From an uncultured virus (IMG/VR IMGVR_UViG_3300050335_000078) (Duplodnaviria; Heunggongvirae; Uroviricota; Caudoviricetes), in IMG/VR virus record IMGVR_UViG_3300050335_000078: a DNA stretch of 64,000 bases; one strand, given 5' to 3'. A model generated the notes under the pieces. The model ran no database searches, was not told where the DNA came from, and saw only the letters and a list, made by a program, of their open reading frames with translations. Below, piece by piece: positions 9,401 to 17,666 of this stretch. The position numbers and the translations under genes were made by a program. Position 1 is the stretch's first letter, and each line of letters starts with the position of its first letter.

Positions 9401-11686
9401 ATGCAACCTAAAGTACCTTCTGAAATCACACGGATTTCTCTAAATGATGCTACATACAAAGATTGTGGTGTTTTCATTCAACCTACTCTTGTGAATTTCT
9501 TCTTTGGAAATAATGGCACTGGTAAATCTACTATCGCAAAAGCTATAAAAGCAGATAATGGCACAACCTGGAGGGCAAGCAAGTCAGCTACAGATTACAA
9601 CATCCACGTATACAACCAGGACTTTATTAACGCCAATTTGCAGAATTACCACAACATGCCTGGGGTTTTTACTGTAAATGAAGTTAATATTGAAATTCAA
9701 AAACAAATTGATGATAAAGCAACAGAAAAGGAAACAGCATCTATAGCTTTAGGTATCGCACTTGAAGGGAAAAAGAAAAAGGATGATGCTAATATTGCTC
9801 TTTTTTCTATTTTCCAAGATGAATGTTGGGATAAAACAAAAGACCTGCGTGAGAAGTTTGATGGAACTCAAACAGGCAAGAAAAGAAAACAACAGTTTGC
9901 AGAGGCTCTCCTTGATATAAAAAACCCAAAAGAGCATGACCGGGTAGCTTTGAAAAGATTATATGATGCTGCATATGCCTCCGATTCTAAAAGATACGAT
10001 GAATTTAAAACCACAAGTGATACTTCTGTTCTTGAAACGCTTGTGGGAATTGATATTCTTTCCAAATCTATCGTAAGCAGTGCAAACACTCCATTTGCTG
10101 AATTCATAAAGGCGTTAAATGCTACTGCATGGGTTCGTCAAGGTCATGAACAATACAATGAAACTCCCGATAGTAAGTGTCCTTACTGTCAGCAGAAACT
10201 TCCTGATCAGTTTGAGGATGATATAAAGTCCTGTTTTGATGCTCAGTACCAGAATGATATTATTGCACTTAAGAGTTTTTACGATACATATAAGCAGAAG
10301 GCAAATGAAATATTTGCCCCGCTACAGTCAATTCCGCAAGACCTTTATCCTGAAATCGATATTATTCCATACAATGATAAACTGGCGGCTTTAAAAGGTA
10401 TTATCTCTTCAAACCTTCAGCAGATATCAGAAAAAATTGCTGACCCTTCCATTATTATTAGCATTGATGATACCGAACCTACTTTAAAAGAGCTTAATGA
10501 CATCATAAATGGTTTCAACAAACTAATCAGTGAAAACAATGCTGTCATTGCCGCTAAACCAAAGAAACAGGCTGAATGTAAAATAAGTGTATGGGAATTA
10601 CTCGCTTTTACTGTTAAAGATGAAATTAATCGTTATAACACAAGCAAAACAGCATTGGAAAAAGAAATAGCCGCTTTTTCAACTCAGATTACTACTAACA
10701 AAAGTACTGTTCAGCGTATTACAGGTGAGATTTCAGATCTCAATAGGCAAATAGTAAGTACTAAAGCAACTATTGACAGTGTAAATATTCTTTTGCGTGA
10801 TTCTGGGTTTCAAGGGTTTAGTATAAGAGAAAAAATTAACACACCTAATGTATATGAGGTTATTCGACCCAATGGAAGTATTGCAGAAAATCTAAGCGAA
10901 GGCGAACGTAATTTTATAGCCTTCCTATATTTCTATCACCTTGTTCGAGGTAGCGAAACTGCCGACGGGGGTCTTAGGGATAAAATTGTAGTCATTGACG
11001 ACCCTGTTTCCAGTATGGATAGTAGCTCTCTATTTATCGTGAGTGCTCTTGTTCGAGAAATGATTGATATTTGCCACAACAACGCTGAAGAAAGAGATCC
11101 TCTTGTGCAAGGTAAATTTATAAAGCAAATCTTCATTCTAACTCATAATTCCTACTTCCATAGAGAAGTTACATATAATCAAGTAAAATACTATCAATAT
11201 GTGAACTTCTATCTCATTTGTAAGGTGGACAATAAATCATCAATTAGGCTATGTGAAAAACAGAACCCGGATGTTCCCACAGAGAAGATAAATATTAATC
11301 CGGTTCAAAATTTTTATGCTGCATTGTGGGACGAGTATCAGGAAGTAACATCAGCCATTCCATTGATGAATGTTATCCGTCGCATCCTGGAGTATTACTT
11401 TTTACAATTATGCGGATATGATGGTGCAACACTTCGCAAGCGTATCTTAATGGATAACAAAGATAAATTCATTACTCACAAAGAGGATGGCAGCGAAGAT
11501 ACTACTCAATATCAAATGGCTTCTGCAATGCTCTCTTATATTAGTGCAAACTCCATTGGTATTAATGATGGAATGAACTATGTAGATGACTGCATTGATG
11601 CAGCCCAGAGTAGGGAAACATTTGAAATGATATTTACATATATGGACCAGGAACAGCATTACAAAATGATGATGGGCATCAAATAG
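9401..11686 (+). CDS. RloC-like (AAA_13) ABC ATPase with coiled coil and zinc hook
   Basis: Walker A GNNGTGKS, CPYC hook, LSEGE signature, IDDPVSSMD, LTHN, C-terminal NVIRRILEYYF. Confidence 0.88.
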   Translation: MQPKVPSEITRISLNDATYKDCGVFIQPTLVNFFFGNNGTGKSTIAKAIKADNGTTWRASKSATDYNIHVYNQDFINANLQNYHNMPGVFTVNEVNIEIQKQIDDKATEKETASIALGIALEGKKKKDDANIALFSIFQDECWDKTKDLREKFDGTQTGKKRKQQFAEALLDIKNPKEHDRVALKRLYDAAYASDSKRYDEFKTTSDTSVLETLVGIDILSKSIVSSANTPFAEFIKALNATAWVRQGHEQYNETPDSKCPYCQQKLPDQFEDDIKSCFDAQYQNDIIALKSFYDTYKQKANEIFAPLQSIPQDLYPEIDIIPYNDKLAALKGIISSNLQQISEKIADPSIIISIDDTEPTLKELNDIINGFNKLISENNAVIAAKPKKQAECKISVWELLAFTVKDEINRYNTSKTALEKEIAAFSTQITTNKSTVQRITGEISDLNRQIVSTKATIDSVNILLRDSGFQGFSIREKINTPNVYEVIRPNGSIAENLSEGERNFIAFLYFYHLVRGSETADGGLRDKIVVIDDPVSSMDSSSLFIVSALVREMIDICHNNAEERDPLVQGKFIKQIFILTHNSYFHREVTYNQVKYYQYVNFYLICKVDNKSSIRLCEKQNPDVPTEKININPVQNFYAALWDEYQEVTSAIPLMNVIRRILEYYFLQLCGYDGATLRKRILMDNKDKFITHKEDGSEDTTQYQMASAMLSYISANSIGINDGMNYVDDCIDAAQSRETFEMIFTYMDQEQHYKMMMGIK

Positions 11687-11710
11687 ATTCTAAAATACAG
11701 GAGGTCACAA

Positions 11711-11914
11711 ATGCGTATCAGTTACAACAAATTATGGAAGATGCTAATCGACAAAAACATGAACAAACAGGATTTAAAAGAATTAAGTGGTGTAAGTGCA
11801 GCCTCCATTGCCAAATTAGGAAAAGGTGAAAATATCACTACCGATGTCCTACTTAAAATTTGTGAGGCTTTGGATTGCCGCTTGGAAGATATTTTAGAAA
11901 CTATAGACGATTAA
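11711..11914 (+). CDS. Cro/C1-type HTH regulator (HTH_26)
   Basis: SYNKLWKMLID...IAKLGKGENI...KICEALDC. Confidence 0.9.
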   Translation: MRISYNKLWKMLIDKNMNKQDLKELSGVSAASIAKLGKGENITTDVLLKICEALDCRLEDILETIDD

Positions 11915-11928
11915 AGGAGGTCAAAACT

Positions 11929-13113
11929 ATGGCTTTTACAAATGCTGACAAACAACAACACGGTCAAAGTGCCCAAGAAAGTTTAGAATCAATATTAGAA
12001 CATTGTAAAGATGCAGGATATCTTAAGTCCATTATTAAACCGTTTCGTATTGGAAAACCAGGTTACAATAATGATAAGCAGTTCTATGCCCCTTTTTTAA
12101 TTGAATTTAAAGATGAAACTAAATGGGCTTTATTTACTACCACATCCATGAGAACCGATCGTATAAAAGGGCAGCAATGGGATGCAATAAATTTAAAGGA
12201 AATTGAAGCTTCAATAAAAAAGGTTTACCTCGTATATCCAGATGCAGCTTCAGGTGAAAGTGAATTTGTGCGCCAGAATATGAAATATGCTAACAATGAT
12301 GAATATTCAGCTATAGATGCTGTAATTTCGCAAAATCAAGTTGCTATTTTTATAGAAGCATATGCTATCAAAGACAAAAAAGATGGTCAGATTAAAGATA
12401 TTCAAGGTAACAGCTTTGAAAGCAGGGTGGCTGCGATATTAAGTTATCCAGAAAATTTACGCAAGTGGAAAACAAATGCTGCAACACTAGAAGGTATGCA
12501 CTTTGGTTTGTTCAAGTATATTGTAGATTATTTTGAATTAGATTCGGATGATATACGTGAAATTAAAGCAACTTCAGATAAACATATAATAGGTAAGTTG
12601 CCTAGTGGCGGAAATCCAAAAACGGATGTCCTAGTAGAAATAACGAATAAAGAAGGTTATATAGCATATTACACTATTAGTTGCAAAAGAAGCAGTGATA
12701 AAAGTGTCAGCGTTCATCAGTATACAGCTGATGCCTTTGCAAATGTATTGGATCCCGAAAATCAAGAACTTCGGATTCTTTTAAATGAATTTCAAAGTGC
12801 TGGCAGTCTTTCTGCTTTTGGAGAAGAAAATTGCTCTCTTCTTACCGAAAGGCTTAAACCGTATCTCAAGAAGCTGTCGCTTTGGGTATTAGGCGGAGTT
12901 GGTGGTGGAGGTGATCCTACCACGCAATGCGCAGATTTTATACTTACATACGACAATAATGATGATACTGCAACGATGCATCGATTAACCTCTTATTATG
13001 AAATGCTTGTTGATAAAGGTGTTTCAGGAAGTTTTGGGACTCTTTTCAGTTGGACATACCCTTCAAAGAGAAGAGGGGAAAGCATCCAGCTCAAATGTAA
13101 AATACTTAAATAG
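11929..13113 (+). CDS. MspI/BsuFI-family type II restriction endonuclease
   Basis: KLPSGGNPKTD...ISCK...VSVHQY, C-terminal FSWTYPSK..G..IQLK; AGGAGG SD before ATG 11929. Confidence 0.75.
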   Translation: MAFTNADKQQHGQSAQESLESILEHCKDAGYLKSIIKPFRIGKPGYNNDKQFYAPFLIEFKDETKWALFTTTSMRTDRIKGQQWDAINLKEIEASIKKVYLVYPDAASGESEFVRQNMKYANNDEYSAIDAVISQNQVAIFIEAYAIKDKKDGQIKDIQGNSFESRVAAILSYPENLRKWKTNAATLEGMHFGLFKYIVDYFELDSDDIREIKATSDKHIIGKLPSGGNPKTDVLVEITNKEGYIAYYTISCKRSSDKSVSVHQYTADAFANVLDPENQELRILLNEFQSAGSLSAFGEENCSLLTERLKPYLKKLSLWVLGGVGGGGDPTTQCADFILTYDNNDDTATMHRLTSYYEMLVDKGVSGSFGTLFSWTYPSKRRGESIQLKCKILK

Positions 13114-13114
13114 C

Positions 13115-13158
13115 AAAGAGGGTTAGTAATCTAAACATTGACTACTAACCCTCTTTTT
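13115..13158. terminator. Bidirectional intrinsic terminator between convergent REase and MTase
   Basis: Perfect 14-bp inverted repeat AAAGAGGGTTAGTA / TACTAACCCTCTTT. Confidence 0.8.
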
Positions 13159-14557
13159 ATATGTGTTCAGGCAGACAATCCACAAATTGTCGAGCAATTG
13201 CATACGCAAGTAAAGGTGGTATTGCATCGCCTATCTGCTCATATTTATCCTGTTCTTTCGCTCCGTGAAATAATACATAAGGTCCAGCAAACTGATACCA
13301 ATCCGGAAAACTCTGTAAGCGCGCCGCCTCTCTTGGAGTTATTGCGCGATTTAGTGTCGGATGAATTATCTCATCCAGACAATGTGATGTAACTGTGAAA
13401 CTCGGATCATCTATTAACAGTCTTCTATTTCTGCTTCCGTATATTGTCTTCGGGAAAAGATGTCTGTATTTATCAATTTCACCGCTTTCTGTTAACTTGT
13501 CAAATGTAGAGCGCATACTTTCTCGTTCACCAATAAGTGCTAGTAATTCTTGTTTTCTTTTTATATGTCCTGGACCTTTATGACAACTTATACTATGTTC
13601 ATTATATAGGCCACTATCAATCAAATGTTGTGGCGCATGAGAATGTATTCCAGTTACATCATAATTGCCTCGCATGATTGATACATACCATTCTTGGTTT
13701 TCACTCTGGAATGTATTCGGATATGTGTAATCCGTCGATTCTTCACCCATTCCTACAATCGGCAAGTCTGAAATTGCATCACCTGATGTAACAAATGGCT
13801 TATCACATCCATGACCATGTGTTTTCTCTGGGTAATGAAATTCAATATTATTCAAATCTCTTCTTATCCCGACCAAAAATAACCTTTCTCTCGTTTGAGG
13901 AACACCATAGTCACTTGCTCTGAGTAAAATCTCGTCTTGATTTCTTGAAACAAGTCTGTAACTCGGAGTAGCTTCTTCATCTTCAAATGAATCACAAATA
14001 TATTGGAATATTGCTCCCTTAATACCATTTCTTGATTTGGAAAACATTCCTTTCACATTCTCAAAGAGAATTGCTTTAGTGTTTACTGTTCTTGCAATTC
14101 TAATAATGTTGCTGAACAAATCATCTCGTTCATCTCCAACAGTTCTTGTCCCTGCAATGCTGAAACTCTCACAAGGCGCCCCACCCGATACAATGTCCAC
14201 CGTATCGTTTTCAGAATCAATTCCATATCGAGCCAATAAGAAGCTTTTTATCATTTGGCTGCTTACTAAATTGATATCACCATGTATGAGTAAAGTTTGT
14301 GTACTTTCATGCATAAATGATTGAAGGTATTTCTCATCATTCCCATTCTCTGTAGTGTATTTTGCAAGTTCAAACACTTCAGCATTATGGCTTACAGAAT
14401 ATGTTTCTGCAGTTGTATCAGTCCATTCAACAGCCACCAGTGGCAATATACCAGCCCACTTAAAGCCAGTGCAAAGGCCTCCTGGACCTGCGAATAAATC
14501 AATACTCACCAACTGATAACCTTCTTCTTGCATTCTTTGTCTTAAGCTATTATTCAT
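13157..14557 (-). CDS. DNA (cytosine-5) methyltransferase
   Basis: FAGPGG, GGAPCESFS, ENV, QTRERLF, TPREAARLQSFPD motifs. Confidence 0.92.
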   Translation of the reverse strand: MNNSLRQRMQEEGYQLVSIDLFAGPGGLCTGFKWAGILPLVAVEWTDTTAETYSVSHNAEVFELAKYTTENGNDEKYLQSFMHESTQTLLIHGDINLVSSQMIKSFLLARYGIDSENDTVDIVSGGAPCESFSIAGTRTVGDERDDLFSNIIRIARTVNTKAILFENVKGMFSKSRNGIKGAIFQYICDSFEDEEATPSYRLVSRNQDEILLRASDYGVPQTRERLFLVGIRRDLNNIEFHYPEKTHGHGCDKPFVTSGDAISDLPIVGMGEESTDYTYPNTFQSENQEWYVSIMRGNYDVTGIHSHAPQHLIDSGLYNEHSISCHKGPGHIKRKQELLALIGERESMRSTFDKLTESGEIDKYRHLFPKTIYGSRNRRLLIDDPSFTVTSHCLDEIIHPTLNRAITPREAARLQSFPDWYQFAGPYVLFHGAKEQDKYEQIGDAIPPLLAYAIARQFVDCLPEHI

Positions 14558-14780
14558 GGTTACCCCCATCTTCTGAAGCAGTCTCTGTCAACTCTAAAAT
14601 ATCGCTGATATCACATTCAAGGGCGTTACATATTTTCACAAGGATATTCGTATTAACATTTTCGTTTCGCCCAAGCTTGGCTATACAGGTTGAACTAATC
14701 CCCGCCATCTTACTCAAGTCTTTCTTTTTTAAATCTCTATCTATAAGTAATTTCCAAAGTTTTTTATATGAAAGTTGCAT
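14550..14780 (-). CDS. Cro/C1-type HTH regulator (HTH_26)
   Basis: SYKKLWKLLID...IAKLGRNENV; SD before ATG 14780. Confidence 0.9.
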   Translation of the reverse strand: MQLSYKKLWKLLIDRDLKKKDLSKMAGISSTCIAKLGRNENVNTNILVKICNALECDISDILELTETASEDGGNHE

Positions 14781-14814
14781 GTTTATACTCCTTTCTCGCA
14801 AATTCACATTATTC

Positions 14815-14843
14815 ATTATACTGATTCTAAGCATAAAAGTCAA
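14815..14843 (-). promoter_or_regulatory. Sigma-A promoter for HTH-MTase operon
   Basis: TTGACT-N17-TATAAT on minus strand. Confidence 0.75.
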
Positions 14844-14954
14844 CACTAAAATACAGCTTTCGCATAATTTATTATTAAATTCCCGGTTTATATCCGGGTT
14901 TCGCTTAACTAATAATGAATGAATGTTAGGCTTTTATGACTTCTTTTAATAATT

Positions 14955-15034
14955 CAATAATATTGTCAACTCAACCCCATCTTTACAGTAACACTGTCAA
15001 CTCGCTACATTTTTAACAGTAATATCGTCAACTC
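14955..15034 (+). repeat. Three direct repeats with 31-bp period (core GTCAACTC)
   Basis: GTCAACTC at 14965, 14996, 15027. Confidence 0.8.
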
Positions 15035-15182
15035 AGTAGCCAAAAAGTAATAATATCCACACAACCCTATGGTTTTTGACTTTTGGATATGTTCTTACAA
15101 TAAAAATTTCCGTGACCTAGAACCCAGCTTGCATATGAGTTCAAAATCACGGAAATCCCTTTATATCAAGCACTATTACACC

Positions 15183-15248
15183 CTAATCTTTCACCCTCGA
15201 CATCAATACGACCGTCTCGACGTGGAACGATACGTTCGTTTTAATGTC
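15183..15248 (-). other. att-like junction carrying an rlmD/rumA 3' end (HVETVVLMSRVKD*)
   Basis: 15224-15183 translates HVETVVLMSRVKD*; 17-bp imperfect inverted arms 15199-15215 and 15232-15248. Confidence 0.75.
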
Positions 15249-15478
15249 TTGAGTGTATTTTTCATTATATCCGTACTGGGGAATAAGTCCACACCTTTAT
15301 TCCGTTCTCGGAAACAAGTCCACGATTTTACCCTGAGAGTTCAATTCGTTTTCGAATTTTCGCGGGAATATATGTCGAGCATGGTTTGATCTCCTCAACT
15401 ATAGTTTTCCTGTAACATTTCCATAACCTCAAATACTTTCGGCATTTTGCGCCAGCGGTGTTATTTTCTGCTATACTG

Positions 15479-17665
15479 CTAGAAGTTCGCTGAAATGTAA
15501 TTTTTCAATTTAACGATGCGGTCTTCAGTATCAATTCCATTACTATTCTGAGATATCGGTATTGTATCCACAACGGTATCGCCGATATTCTTCCTTCGCA
15601 GATAGGAGTTGTTTGTACAGATGATATGCTCATCACCAAAAATAAGACGTTGCCCCATATCATCCCTGGATAGATGCGCGTCATCGGCAGCTTTCAAAAA
15701 CGGCATATAGGTATTTTGCGACCACTGAGTTTTTGTCTGCATTACTGAGAACAGATAAGGGCTGTGGGCATAATCGCTATTGCTTAATTTACCATATGCT
15801 CCGGGGCGGTATACTGGGTATTTTACATAGTAGTATTCAAATGGATATAATCCCTTGGACTCACAATCAGCAATATAAGTATCAACTAGTTGTTTAAGGA
15901 TATCATTGGTGAATGTGGTGTTAGACGAAAGTAATTTAACGAGGACTTCTTTAGTCGCGTCAAATCCGGCATTTGCGCTTTTATGGAACAACTCGTCCCA
16001 AGCATATTTCAAGCTCTTAGAACCATACTGATATCGCCATTTGTTCCGCTCTACTTGGCCATAGTTTCCAATAGCCATCATAGCGCAGTCAATACGATCC
16101 CAATCGCATCTGAACAATGCATCGAATCGGTCTGCAAGCGAGAGGTTTTCCAAGCCGAGAATACTAACCTGGCCAAATAACATTACATTGTCTTCAAGTG
16201 CAAACAGCGTTTCCGCTTCGGCCGGATTATTATCAAGGAAAGCTATTTTTTCTTTTTCTTCAGCAAGCTGGTTTACATTGAAGTTGTTCTCGATGCTGTC
16301 GTCAATCTTGCCGGTAAGCATGATGGCATCAATTTGTGCCAAAATGCCTGGAATTCGATTACGGTCGCTTCTGTCACTGACCTCGTCTTCAGAATTCTGA
16401 ATCAGGTTGTTTATTATACGAATTCTTCTCGCAAATTCATCGCGTGAAACATCACTAGCATTTTGGAGATAAATGGTGATTGCATACAACAGAACAATTC
16501 TGTTTAGAGGGAACTGTCTGAGACGACCGCTTTTATCAGAATACGAATGCAGGCAGTCTTCAAAAATGTCAATCTTATTCTTGGAATCAACGATTATTTT
16601 GCCCGAGTCATGTTTTCGAGTCATAAAGGATTCAAGAAATGAAGCTGGATTACTGTAGTTCGGAATTCTGCACCAGCAATCGAAAAAGGCTTCAAGAGTT
16701 TCTATGTTCTTAATTGCATCAGGATTATTGGATGAGAAATACAACTGTAACAAGTCAAACTCATCGTTACTCTTGCCCTGTGGTGACTCGCTGTTCCTAT
16801 AGCATAATACATCACAGATGAACTTAAAATATCGGAGAAACTCATCATCAATGGTGTGGTCATCGCTTGTCCCGCTTTCCCCGTTCCTGTATATCCAAAG
16901 AAGATCAGTCCAATCCCGATCTATTTTGCTGGTGATTCTGTCAGCAATTTGACCATCCAAAGTCCTAATTTCCCGCTCCAGTTCAGCTTTGAAATGCTCA
17001 AACTGTGTCAGCGGTTTTCCTCTTGAGTTCATCTTGATATACAGTTCGTCCGTCAGTCCCATATTCTTAATTGGCAGGAAGTAGAAAGTAATAGCTCTAT
17101 TTTTAAGAGATTCCCATAAACCACTAACATCTTTGAACTTTGCATCAATGGCGTCCAGCATTACCAGCATCGAGCTAATGGTAGGGTCTTTCTGCCAATC
17201 TAATGGAAACCAGGCTTGATTGATGATTTCCTTGGAAAGTATGCCGGAAAATGTTGGCTGAAAATCCACGAGATCCATGCAGAAATATCTTGCACTATAT
17301 CTTGTTTCATAGCTGAATTTTTTCAGGAACTGCCAGTCACTATCCGGGACATTTTCCATTTTTGCAGCATACCAATGTAACAAAAATAATGTTGTGAGTC
17401 GCTGCTGACCATCCAACGGGGTCATAATTCCTTTTTCATCAACATCGCCATAAACGAAATCGAGAGTAATTGGCTTTTTAGTTACAGCATTGTACAGGGA
17501 TTCAAGAAACCTCTTTCTAACACGCTCTACATCGGGATCAAGTCGCCCCTGGGCGTAGTCACGCTGAATAATTGGGATTACAATTTTGTCCAGCCGAACA
17601 GCTTCTTGTTCTTCACCGAATGTTGTATTGAAGATATCTATAAAGGAGTGAAGCGTTGTAGCCAT
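15479..17665 (-). CDS. DUF262 (GmrS-like) domain protein
   Basis: IPIIQRDYAQG, DGQQRLTT, MNSRGKPL; SD before ATG 17665. Confidence 0.88.
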   Translation of the reverse strand: MATTLHSFIDIFNTTFGEEQEAVRLDKIVIPIIQRDYAQGRLDPDVERVRKRFLESLYNAVTKKPITLDFVYGDVDEKGIMTPLDGQQRLTTLFLLHWYAAKMENVPDSDWQFLKKFSYETRYSARYFCMDLVDFQPTFSGILSKEIINQAWFPLDWQKDPTISSMLVMLDAIDAKFKDVSGLWESLKNRAITFYFLPIKNMGLTDELYIKMNSRGKPLTQFEHFKAELEREIRTLDGQIADRITSKIDRDWTDLLWIYRNGESGTSDDHTIDDEFLRYFKFICDVLCYRNSESPQGKSNDEFDLLQLYFSSNNPDAIKNIETLEAFFDCWCRIPNYSNPASFLESFMTRKHDSGKIIVDSKNKIDIFEDCLHSYSDKSGRLRQFPLNRIVLLYAITIYLQNASDVSRDEFARRIRIINNLIQNSEDEVSDRSDRNRIPGILAQIDAIMLTGKIDDSIENNFNVNQLAEEKEKIAFLDNNPAEAETLFALEDNVMLFGQVSILGLENLSLADRFDALFRCDWDRIDCAMMAIGNYGQVERNKWRYQYGSKSLKYAWDELFHKSANAGFDATKEVLVKLLSSNTTFTNDILKQLVDTYIADCESKGLYPFEYYYVKYPVYRPGAYGKLSNSDYAHSPYLFSVMQTKTQWSQNTYMPFLKAADDAHLSRDDMGQRLIFGDEHIICTNNSYLRRKNIGDTVVDTIPISQNSNGIDTEDRIVKLKNYISANF

Positions 17666-17666
17666 A

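Larger units (their letters stand above)
1..15224 (-). mobile_element. Left prophage-like element (partial; continues beyond left edge), bounded by an rlmD/rumA-type att site
   Basis: Phage replication gene order paralogous to the right prophage; rlmD-like 3' end at 15183-15224. Confidence 0.7.

Noticed and set aside
14955..15034. 31-bp-period repeats as a CRISPR array
   Set aside because: Units too short and degenerate, spacers ~13 bp, no cas genes in the window
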